Shown: positions 7,649-15,346 of the stretch, piece after piece
Position numbering within the stretch: position 1 is the first letter of the stretch
How the letters are laid out: the number at the start of each line of letters is the position of its first letter
Source of the DNA: Escherichia phage vB_EcoS_CEB_EC3a
DNA length: 44,234 nt
Reading direction: 5' to 3' (one strand)
Sequence record: NC_047812.1
Position numbers and translations under genes: made by a program
The notes under the pieces: model-generated
What the model was told of the DNA's origin: nothing
What the model saw: the letters and a program-made list of their open reading frames with translations, nothing else
Database searches by the model: none

Positions 7649-7669
7649 CCACAAAAGCTATGATAAACT

Positions 7670-7693
7670 AGCCCCTACATGGGGCTTTTTTTA
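7670..7693 (+). terminator. intrinsic terminator
   Basis: AGCCCCTACATGGGGCT hairpin + T7. Confidence 0.75.
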
Positions 7694-7705
7694 TTGGAGA
7701 AAAAC

Positions 7706-8974
7706 ATGGTCAAGACAGACAGCTACGCCAATATCTTTCTCGGCGGCAGTGATGGTAGTGAGATTTACGGAAGTTTACAGAATCAAGCGCCTACAATTCT
7801 GGCTTCTCTTTATGCGGATAACGCGCTGGTGCGTAGAATTATCGACACAATCCCGGAGACGGCATTGGCGGCAGGGTTCCACATTGATGGTATTGATGAT
7901 GAGCCAGCATTTTGGTCGCGCTGGGACTACTTAGAGCTAACAAAACACATCAATGAAGCCTGGTCGTGGGCTAGATTGTTCGGAGGCTCTGCAATTGTTG
8001 CTATCGTTAAGGATAATAGAGCATTAACAAGTCCTGTCAGAGAAGGTGCAGAACTTGAAACGGTACGCGTTTACGACCGCACACAAGTAAAAGTACAAAC
8101 TCGAGAGGAGAATCCACGCAACGCACGTTTTGGTAATCCGCTAACCTATCGCATCACCACTAATGAGAGCGATATGTTCTACGATGTGCATTACAGTCGC
8201 ATTCACATCATTGACGGAGAGCGAATCCCTAACGCAATGCGTCGGCAGAATGATGGCTGGGGTCGCAGCGTTCTCTCCAGTGACATTCTTGACTCAATCA
8301 AGGATTACACCAACTGCGAAAGGCTGGCGACTCAACTGCTCAAGCGTAAACAGCAAGCGGTTTGGAAAGTCAAGGACCTGGCATTGCTTTGTGATGATAG
8401 TGAAGGAGTTGGCGCGGCTCGTTTACGTCTCGCTCAAGTTGATAACAACAGCGGAGTTGGTCAGGCAATTGGCATTGATGCGGAATCGGAAGAATACAGC
8501 ATTCTGAACTCTGATATTGGTGGGATTGATGCGTTCCTGGATAAGAAGTTCGACAGAATAGTTGCTCTGAGTGGTATTCATGAAATAATCCTGAAGAACA
8601 AGAACGTCGGCGGCTTATCATCAAGCCAGAATACAGCGCTTGATACATTCCATAAGTTAGTCGATCGCAAGCGTAACGCTGAGCTACTGCCGATTCTAGG
8701 GTTCCTGATTCCGTTCATTTCAGACGAGCAAGAATGGTCAGTTGAGTTTAATCCCTTAGCTCATGAGTCAGGCAAGGATAAAGCTGAGATTCTGGAGAAG
8801 AACGTAAGCAGCATTGCGACGCTAATTGCATCTGGCGCCATGGATAAGAACGAAGCACGTGATACACTACGCACTATCGCACCAGAGATTAAGATTGGTG
8901 ATAATGATATTCAGGCCGAGGAATCGGAGTTAATTACAGAGACAGAGGTTGTTAATGAAGAAATTGCGATATGA
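7706..8974 (+). CDS. portal protein
   Basis: ~420 aa ORF directly after terminase region; start chosen at ATG 7706 downstream of terminator with GGAGAAAAAC RBS. Confidence 0.75.
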   Translation: MVKTDSYANIFLGGSDGSEIYGSLQNQAPTILASLYADNALVRRIIDTIPETALAAGFHIDGIDDEPAFWSRWDYLELTKHINEAWSWARLFGGSAIVAIVKDNRALTSPVREGAELETVRVYDRTQVKVQTREENPRNARFGNPLTYRITTNESDMFYDVHYSRIHIIDGERIPNAMRRQNDGWGRSVLSSDILDSIKDYTNCERLATQLLKRKQQAVWKVKDLALLCDDSEGVGAARLRLAQVDNNSGVGQAIGIDAESEEYSILNSDIGGIDAFLDKKFDRIVALSGIHEIILKNKNVGGLSSSQNTALDTFHKLVDRKRNAELLPILGFLIPFISDEQEWSVEFNPLAHESGKDKAEILEKNVSSIATLIASGAMDKNEARDTLRTIAPEIKIGDNDIQAEESELITETEVVNEEIAI

Positions 8975-10043
8975 CAGTGCGAAGGTGAAAGCCAGATTTG
9001 ATGAAAACGGCTTTCTGGTTGATACCCCTATCGTTGCGCGTATCGGGGTGCAAACCTATTACCTTCCAGACGGCACGGAACGGAGAGAATTTAGACCAGC
9101 CTCAGAGGTCTTTAAGCCTGATTCTCTGGCTAGTTATCAGGGTAAGCCAATTACATTAGGTCATGTGTTTGTTAACTCAGATAATGCTAAAGAGGTCGTT
9201 GTAGGCGCGGTATCTGGCTCAGCGATGCGCGAAGATTCAAATGTGATTGTTCCACTAACTGTTTACGACAAGGAATCAATCGAGAAGGCCAAAAATGGAA
9301 TTGCTGGTGAGCTGTCTGTTGGGTACTCAACTGTTGACGTTGAGTCTAAAGGATGGGGCAGTAACGAAACTGGTGAGTATAAGCTAGATGGCGAGTATCA
9401 ATCACAGGATGAAATTCCTTCTGACTGGGTTAGATTCGATGCGTTGCAAACTGAAATTAAAGTAAACCATGTCGCGCTGGTATACAAAGGGAGAGCCCAA
9501 GTAGCAAAGTTAAATTTTGACGCTCAACAGGAAAACCCGTATACTACTGACGTTGATATCAATAAAGAGGATAAACAGGAAATGATTAAGATTAAACTCG
9601 ACGGCGCGAAGGAATTTGAAGTCGCCCCGGAAGTCGCTTCTCACATCGAAGCGCTGAACGCAAAGGCTGACACCGCAATCGCAGAGCGCGATTCTCTGAA
9701 AGCTAAAGTAGATGCAATGCCAGCTGAAATCGAAGCTGCCGTTGCTAAAGCGAAAGCTGATGCTGATGCCCTAGCCGCTCTGGTTGCTGTTGCTGCTGAG
9801 GCTGGTGTTAAGGCTGACGGTCTGGATGCTAAAGGCATTAAAGTTTCTTACGTTAAAGAAGTCTCCGGTCTTGATGTTAGTGAGAAGTCTGACGCATACA
9901 TCGACGCGGCATTCGACATTGCCAAAGAATCTGATAAAATGGCTGAAGTGCGTAAAGCGACTACCGCTTCCGACAAATCTGACAGCGCCGATGAGCCTAA
10001 GAAATTAGACCCGCGTGCTCGTTTAGCTAAAATTAAGAAATAA
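8955..10043 (+). CDS. putative head scaffolding / prohead maturation protein
   Basis: Between portal and capsid genes; C-terminal Ala/Lys/Glu-rich coiled-coil region (AKADTAIAERDSLKAKVDAM...). Confidence 0.4.
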   Translation: MKKLRYDSAKVKARFDENGFLVDTPIVARIGVQTYYLPDGTERREFRPASEVFKPDSLASYQGKPITLGHVFVNSDNAKEVVVGAVSGSAMREDSNVIVPLTVYDKESIEKAKNGIAGELSVGYSTVDVESKGWGSNETGEYKLDGEYQSQDEIPSDWVRFDALQTEIKVNHVALVYKGRAQVAKLNFDAQQENPYTTDVDINKEDKQEMIKIKLDGAKEFEVAPEVASHIEALNAKADTAIAERDSLKAKVDAMPAEIEAAVAKAKADADALAALVAVAAEAGVKADGLDAKGIKVSYVKEVSGLDVSEKSDAYIDAAFDIAKESDKMAEVRKATTASDKSDSADEPKKLDPRARLAKIKK

Positions 10044-10055
10044 GGAGTTATAAAC

Positions 10056-10568
10056 ATGGCAATTCGTTCCGTAGCACTGGCTGGTATGGTTTCTGATACT
10101 TCTCTGTATAACATCGACGGCGCTTGTGTAGTTGGTGGTGCAACAGCAATTCCGGCTGGCACTGTTGTTGGTGTAACGGCTGCTCAGCCTGTAGATGGAC
10201 ACAAAGTTGTTGGCCTCCCTGCTGTAACTGGTACACCAGTTAAACCTTATGGTGTTGTTGTTAAATCTCATTACGAGACTCCAGATGGCACAGCTCGCGT
10301 AAATGAAGCAGTTAACGTAATGACTCATGGTCGCATCTGGGTTCGCACAAGTCTCACTTCTGCACCTGCATTTGGTGCTCCAGTTCTGGTATCTAAAAAA
10401 GGATTGGTTGAAGAAGCAGGAGCGGTCGCAACTGGTTGGACTTTTGCTGGTGGTTATGTGTCCGCTTATGCAGGTGGAGCCGACCCAATTAAGCAAGGTG
10501 AAAGCGTTGATGGCGCACTAGTTGAAGTCCAGCTTATCCAGTCCGCAAACTCAACTGTCGCAGCTTAA
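10056..10568 (+). CDS. putative head decoration/structural protein
   Basis: 170 aa, Gly/Ala/Val-rich, strong AAGGAG RBS, followed by terminator; sits before major capsid as D before E in lambda. Confidence 0.35.
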   Translation: MAIRSVALAGMVSDTSLYNIDGACVVGGATAIPAGTVVGVTAAQPVDGHKVVGLPAVTGTPVKPYGVVVKSHYETPDGTARVNEAVNVMTHGRIWVRTSLTSAPAFGAPVLVSKKGLVEEAGAVATGWTFAGGYVSAYAGGADPIKQGESVDGALVEVQLIQSANSTVAA

Positions 10569-10586
10569 TAGCCAAGACATATAAAG

Positions 10587-10606
10587 CCTCCTTCGGGAGG
10601 TTTTTT
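10587..10606 (+). terminator. intrinsic terminator
   Basis: CCTCCTTCGGGAGG hairpin + T6. Confidence 0.75.
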
Positions 10607-10691
10607 ATTGCCTATCATCTCATCATTGCGTGGTCTAAAAACTCGTGTATAATGAACCCGTAGACACCTAACTGAAAAGGAACAATAAAGA

Positions 10692-11636
10692 ATGGCCATT
10701 AAATTTGATGCAGAACAAGCAAAAATCACCGCTCACCTCGAGCAAATGGGCGTAGAGAAAGCCGATGCCGCTGGCATCTGGACCGTTAAGCAGCTTACCG
10801 CTACTCTGAATCGTGCTTACGAAAAAGAATACCCGGATAACTCCGTTGTTAATATCTTCCCTGTAAGTAACGAAATCCCAAGTCACGCAAAATACTTTGA
10901 ATACCCGGAATTCGATGGCGTAGGTATTGCTCAAATTATCGCTGATTACTCTGATGACCTGCCGCTGGTTGATGCTTTCATGACTGAGAAGCAAGGTAAA
11001 GTGTTCCGTTTCGGTAACGCATTCCTAATTTCTACTGATGAAATTAAAGCGGGCGCCGCAACTGGTCAGTCTCTGTCAACTCGCAAACAGGCTCTGGCTT
11101 TCGAAGCGCACGACAACCTGCTGGATAAACTGGTTTGGTCTGGTTCCACTCCTCACGGTATCGTAAGCGTATTCGATCAGCCTAACATCAACAACGTTGT
11201 TGCAACGCCAGACTGGAGCGAGCCGCTTAACGCAGTCAATGACGTAACCGCGATGATTGATGCAGTTGAGACTTCAACTCAGGGTATCCATCATGTGACT
11301 GATATTCTACTTCCGGCATCCTCTCGTCGAGTAATGCAGCGCCTGGTTCCGAACACAACCCTGAGCTATGGTGAGTTGTTCACTCGTAACAACCCTGGCC
11401 TGACTATTCGTTTCCTGCAGTTCCTGGATAACTACGATGGCGCAGGTGGTAAAGCCGCTCTGGCGTTTGAGAAAAACCCGCTGAACATGTCTATCGAGAT
11501 TCCAGAAGCTACAAATGTACTTCCTGGTCAACCGAAAGATTTGCACTTTAAGTACCCGGTAACTTCTAAAGCGACAGGTTTGATTGTTTATCGTCCTCTT
11601 ACGATGGCTGTAATCAAAGGAATCACCTTCGCGTAA
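10692..11636 (+). CDS. major capsid protein (putative)
   Basis: 314 aa ORF in head module, flanked by terminators on both sides. Confidence 0.65.
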   Translation: MAIKFDAEQAKITAHLEQMGVEKADAAGIWTVKQLTATLNRAYEKEYPDNSVVNIFPVSNEIPSHAKYFEYPEFDGVGIAQIIADYSDDLPLVDAFMTEKQGKVFRFGNAFLISTDEIKAGAATGQSLSTRKQALAFEAHDNLLDKLVWSGSTPHGIVSVFDQPNINNVVATPDWSEPLNAVNDVTAMIDAVETSTQGIHHVTDILLPASSRRVMQRLVPNTTLSYGELFTRNNPGLTIRFLQFLDNYDGAGGKAALAFEKNPLNMSIEIPEATNVLPGQPKDLHFKYPVTSKATGLIVYRPLTMAVIKGITFA

Positions 11637-11642
11637 TAAATC

Positions 11643-11664
11643 GCCCTCTTCGGAGGGCTTTTTT
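11643..11664 (+). terminator. intrinsic terminator
   Basis: GCCCTCTTCGGAGGGC hairpin + T6. Confidence 0.8.
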
Positions 11665-11728
11665 ACGTCTGTACCAAATGGATTTGTTCGGTTATAATCA
11701 CTCAATCAGATAAACAAAGGAGACAAAA

Positions 11729-11974
11729 ATGATTCGTTTAGAACACACTGGAGCTTGCCTTATCGTTTACAAAGGTGAGAAATATTTGCCTGGTGACACT
11801 TTCGAGGTTGATGTAATTTGCGACGGGCTCAAGCGTTTAATCGCAGAGGGTAAACTCACCATTGAGGGTGACACCAAAGCAACCAAACAAATCGCGCAAG
11901 AAGTTGTTAGCAAGAAAAAGCGCAAAGAACCGAAAACCATCTCCGAGGCTGAGACTGGTAACGAGTACAAATAA
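11729..11974 (+). CDS. hypothetical protein (Lys-rich C-terminus)
   Basis: ORF with AAGGAG RBS, followed by terminator. Confidence 0.5.
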   Translation: MIRLEHTGACLIVYKGEKYLPGDTFEVDVICDGLKRLIAEGKLTIEGDTKATKQIAQEVVSKKKRKEPKTISEAETGNEYK

Positions 11975-11980
11975 CAAACA

Positions 11981-12000
11981 GGGCGCTTCGGCGTCCTTTA
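11981..12000 (+). terminator. intrinsic terminator
   Basis: GGGCGCTTCGGCGTCC hairpin + TTTATT. Confidence 0.6.
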
Positions 12001-12015
12001 TTGTATGGGGCTAAT

Positions 12016-12417
12016 ATGAATGATGCAATTTTGGCGTTTATGCGCTCTCTTGTTCCTGCACTCAAAGCGGTGGATGACGAATCAATTAATGTATGGATTG
12101 ATTTGGCACGTCTATACGTATGCGAAAGCAAGTTTGGCGCAGACAAAGATAAGGCCGTAGGACTTTACGCACTACACCTGATGCTTGCTGATGGCGCATT
12201 TAAGGGTGAGAATGAAGGGCTGGAAACATACAGCCGTAGAATGGCAAGTTATGCACTGAGCGGTGAATTCTCTATCACTTATGATAACCAATCAGCAATC
12301 CAGGGTGACTTATCATCTTCCTCATGGGGCCGAATGTACAAGGCACTTCTCCGCAAGAAAGGTGGCGGCTTTGGATTGATTACTTCCGCTACTGGCGGTG
12401 GGTGCGGTTGCCGATGA
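12016..12417 (+). CDS. putative head-tail connector/adaptor protein
   Basis: Position after capsid; ~134 aa; resemblance to gp6-like connectors judged by eye. Confidence 0.4.
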   Translation: MNDAILAFMRSLVPALKAVDDESINVWIDLARLYVCESKFGADKDKAVGLYALHLMLADGAFKGENEGLETYSRRMASYALSGEFSITYDNQSAIQGDLSSSSWGRMYKALLRKKGGGFGLITSATGGGCGCR

Positions 12418-12785
12418 ACTACAACGAAATCGAATCAATTACTCGCGCTGGCATTAACTTCTTTAGTGATGCCAATGGCGTTTATGATATGAGTACCGGC
12501 GCTGGATATGTTGAGATTATCAACGGCGTTGAAGTAGAGGTTCCTTCGCAGACATTCCATCTAAAAGGCTTGGTGCGAGAAATCAAGACGCGCGATATCG
12601 ATGGTGAGTTTATCCAGTTTGGCGATAAACGAGGAATCTTCACGGCCCAGGTAGAAATCAAGCAGGGTTATCAGATTAAAGTTGATGGCGAGACTTTTGT
12701 TGTTGTTGACCCGCGCCCAGTTAAACCAACCGGCACAGTCGTTGGTTATAGGCCGATTCTTCGTAGGGTGGCTACTTATGGCTAG
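12414..12785 (+). CDS. putative head-tail joining protein
   Basis: ATG overlaps upstream stop (ATGA); structural gene block. Confidence 0.4.
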   Translation: MNYNEIESITRAGINFFSDANGVYDMSTGAGYVEIINGVEVEVPSQTFHLKGLVREIKTRDIDGEFIQFGDKRGIFTAQVEIKQGYQIKVDGETFVVVDPRPVKPTGTVVGYRPILRRVATYG

Positions 12786-13215
12786 AAATATTGGAAGCGT
12801 GGCTACTTTTGAGAAATCTATTGCTGACTGGATTAACAGAGCAGATAAGGGATTTGAAATTGTAGTCGCCAACACGGTTACCAAGACAGCCAACGCAATT
12901 GTGGACTTATCCCCGGTCGATACTGGTAGGTTCAAGGCTAACTGGCAAATCACCGCAAACTCACCAGCTCAGCAATCACTGAATGAGTACGATCAGACTG
13001 GTGGGCAGACAAAAACATATCTCGCCAGACAGGCTAGAGCGGTCGCTAACTCAAAAGCTACGAGTGTTATTTATATAACCAACCGACTTGATTACGCAGC
13101 AGATCTTGAGTACGGAGCTTCAAATCAGGCTCCAGCTGGCGTTTTGGGAGTGGTGCAAGCAAGGTTGGGCAGGTATTTCCAGGAAGCGGTAGAGGAGGCT
13201 CGTCGTGCAATATGA
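12778..13215 (+). CDS. putative HK97 gp10-like head-tail joining protein
   Basis: KSIADWINRADKGFEIVVANTVTKTANAIVDLSPVDTGRFKANWQ pattern; coupled start. Confidence 0.45.
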   Translation: MARNIGSVATFEKSIADWINRADKGFEIVVANTVTKTANAIVDLSPVDTGRFKANWQITANSPAQQSLNEYDQTGGQTKTYLARQARAVANSKATSVIYITNRLDYAADLEYGASNQAPAGVLGVVQARLGRYFQEAVEEARRAI

Positions 13216-13606
13216 ATTATCATTAGCAGCAAGGAAATTCGTCGACGATTTGTTGGTAAATGAATTTCCGGTCAGGTATCCAGTTGCGTGGGAGAATTGT
13301 AAGTTTACCCCCCCTGCCGATGGCTCAATCTGGCTTAAGTACGACTATACAGAGGTTGACACCGTAACCTACGGATTAAGCAGGAAGTGCAAATACTACG
13401 TAGGCATGGTTCAAATTTCAGTATTCTTCAGTCCTGGTACTGGAATTGACAGGCCCAGACATATCGCTAATCAATTGGCAGAATCTATCGTTGATGGTAC
13501 AATGCTTGACAGCGGGACCATTTATGAGTCTGGAGTTGTTAACCCCGTTATCAAATCCAAGTCTGGGTGGTTTATCCCGGTTCGTTTTTATGTTCGTCTA
13601 GACTAA
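13205..13606 (+). CDS. putative tail completion protein
   Basis: ORF overlapping previous stop, upstream of major tail gene; GTG start. Confidence 0.4.
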   Translation: MQYELSLAARKFVDDLLVNEFPVRYPVAWENCKFTPPADGSIWLKYDYTEVDTVTYGLSRKCKYYVGMVQISVFFSPGTGIDRPRHIANQLAESIVDGTMLDSGTIYESGVVNPVIKSKSGWFIPVRFYVRLD

Positions 13607-13621
13607 CAAAAGGAAAAATAC

Positions 13622-14278
13622 ATGGCTCATTTATCAAACGGCACCCAGGTGTTCGTAGAAGGCTCTCGCGGAACTGCAATTGACGTAACTGCAATTTCTA
13701 ATGCAGCTAAACCAGTTTTAACCGTATCTAGCGCATCTGGCCTGGCTAAGGGTGACTACCTTCTTTTTACCGCATCCAGCTCAACTCTCCTGAGTGACAA
13801 GCAGGTGCGAGTAACTAAAGTTTCTGGCACGGAGGTAACAGTTGAAGGTATTGATACCTCAAGCACTACCAAATTCCCTGCTGGTTTAACTGGTGAGGTT
13901 GTCAAGATTACTTCATGGTTCGAAGTTCCGTGCGTTCAGGATGTTTCAACTGATGGCGGCGAGCAGCAGTTCGTTAACTTCCAGTGTCTTTCAGACGACC
14001 GTGAACAGCAGATTCCGACTTATAAATCTGCGGTAACTAACACCTTCACCTTTGCTCATGAGTACACTAACCCGGTTTATCCGGTTCTGCGTAACTATGA
14101 TGAGTCAGGCCAGGTTGTTGCTATTCGCCTGTTCGTACCTCGCGCCCAGGAAATGCGCTTGCAGTCTGGCACTATCGCTTTCAACGACACCCCTACTATT
14201 GGTGTTAACGAAATCGAAACGGTATCCATCGCAGTATCAATTCGTGGTCGCCTGTCCTCTGTGGCGGCTGAAGTTTAA
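13622..14278 (+). CDS. major tail (tube) protein (putative)
   Basis: 218 aa ORF followed by strong terminator, immediately upstream of chaperone/tape-measure genes. Confidence 0.65.
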   Translation: MAHLSNGTQVFVEGSRGTAIDVTAISNAAKPVLTVSSASGLAKGDYLLFTASSSTLLSDKQVRVTKVSGTEVTVEGIDTSSTTKFPAGLTGEVVKITSWFEVPCVQDVSTDGGEQQFVNFQCLSDDREQQIPTYKSAVTNTFTFAHEYTNPVYPVLRNYDESGQVVAIRLFVPRAQEMRLQSGTIAFNDTPTIGVNEIETVSIAVSIRGRLSSVAAEV

Positions 14279-14285
14279 AACACAA

Positions 14286-14307
14286 ACCCTCTTCGGAGGG
14301 TTTTTTA
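14286..14307 (+). terminator. intrinsic terminator
   Basis: ACCCTCTTCGGAGGGT hairpin + T6. Confidence 0.8.
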
Positions 14308-14312
14308 TTGCA

Positions 14313-14355
14313 TAGCACTTTTTGCTAAAGCGTTAATCCAATCTTCCTGTATAGT
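14313..14355 (+). promoter_or_regulatory. palindrome-promoter module (TAGCACTTTTTGCTAAAG, TATAGT 14350-14355)
   Basis: Motif family member, T-rich spacer variant; leader TTAACTCATCGAAACGAAA. Confidence 0.6.
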
Positions 14356-14388
14356 TAACTCATCGAAACGAAATGAGAGATTAAAGAA

Positions 14389-14637
14389 ATGAATAACGTT
14401 AAAAACATCATCAAGCTTGCTGCAGTTCTGGTTGCTTTTTATGCAGTGGTTCAGATTGTTAACCCAACTGGTGAGGCTGATGCAAATATCAAGGCAAACA
14501 AATATACTGTTGAGTTCGCTAAAGCTGAGCGAGCATGCCAGGAACTTGTAGGTGGTAAAGTTGACCAAATCATGAAATATGGCAAAGAGGTCTGCAAGGA
14601 CTCGGCTGCTAATATTGCAAAAGAAAACACTAAGTAA
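14389..14637 (+). CDS. small secreted/membrane protein (moron-like) inserted in tail operon
   Basis: 82 aa with N-terminal hydrophobic segment IIKLAAVLVAFYAVVQIV; own promoter module. Confidence 0.55.
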   Translation: MNNVKNIIKLAAVLVAFYAVVQIVNPTGEADANIKANKYTVEFAKAERACQELVGGKVDQIMKYGKEVCKDSAANIAKENTK

Positions 14638-14676
14638 TAGAATACATACTCACAAACAATAAGAGGATTAACAAAA

Positions 14677-14991
14677 ATGGCAAAGTTCAAACTTTCACTG
14701 GCGGCACTGCCAGACTTCAAGCTACCAGTAAAATTCAAGCTGGCTAACGACCAGGATGTAGAGGTTATTTTTACAGTTAAGCACAAGAAGACTTCTGAAC
14801 TTCAGGAATTGCTTAACAAGGAAGACTTGAGCACCAAAGAGCTTATTATGGCAATTGCTTCTGATTGGGATTTGGAAGAGGAATACAACGAGGATAACGT
14901 TAATGAGTTCTCCGACCTGTTCCCAGCTTCAACCGTTGCACTGACCACGGCTTATATGCAAGCACTTGCTGGTCAGCGAGTAAAAAACTAA
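14677..14991 (+). CDS. tail assembly chaperone (gpG-like)
   Basis: 104-aa acidic protein directly upstream of tape measure; slippery heptamer before stop. Confidence 0.7.
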   Translation: MAKFKLSLAALPDFKLPVKFKLANDQDVEVIFTVKHKKTSELQELLNKEDLSTKELIMAIASDWDLEEEYNEDNVNEFSDLFPASTVALTTAYMQALAGQRVKN

Positions 14992-15311
14992 AACGAGCGG
15001 TGTATCTACAGTACCAGTCAGAGCCAACTGATGCCGAACTGGAAGCTATTGGGATGCGCCGCTCTGATTACGAAGACGAAGAGCCTGAAGTTTTAAACTT
15101 CGACGAAAACATGATGAAAGCGTGGGACATTTATTGTTCAATGGCTACGCAGTGGAGAGTCGGAGCTAACGGAGCTACAGGGATGGATTACAACGTGCTA
15201 AATTTCCTCTTTAGAGTGTATAATGTCTCTGAAGAAGAATTGGTGCTCAGCGATTTACGCATCCTTGAAGCTAAGGCTCTTGAGATGATGGATAACCTGA
15301 GAAAAAAATAA
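14677..15311 (+). CDS. tail assembly chaperone GT fusion (via -1 frameshift at 14982-14988)
   Basis: Downstream ORF 15000-15311 is in -1 frame relative to G and lacks an own RBS/ATG. Confidence 0.55.
14982..14988 (+). other. -1 programmed frameshift slippery site A_AAA_AAC
   Basis: Heptamer AAAAAAC in G frame one codon before stop TAA 14989-14991; -1 frame stays open to 15311. Confidence 0.6.
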
Positions 15312-15333
15312 CCCGCTTCGGCGGGTTTTCTAT
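15310..15333 (+). terminator. intrinsic terminator
   Basis: AACCCGCTTCGGCGGGTT hairpin + TTCTATT. Confidence 0.65.
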
Positions 15334-15346
15334 TATGGAGGCTTAG

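Noticed and set aside
9641-10496. Minus-strand and alternative-frame ORFs overlapping scaffold and decoration genes (9641-9838, 9848-10162, 10023-10496, 10048-10236, 9784-10008)
   Set aside because: Overlap strongly supported + strand structural genes; no translation signals
12324-12777. N-terminal extensions of ORFs 12324-12785 and 12682-13215
   Set aside because: Extensions overlap upstream genes in other frames; internal ATGs at 12414 and 12778 are translationally coupled to upstream stops
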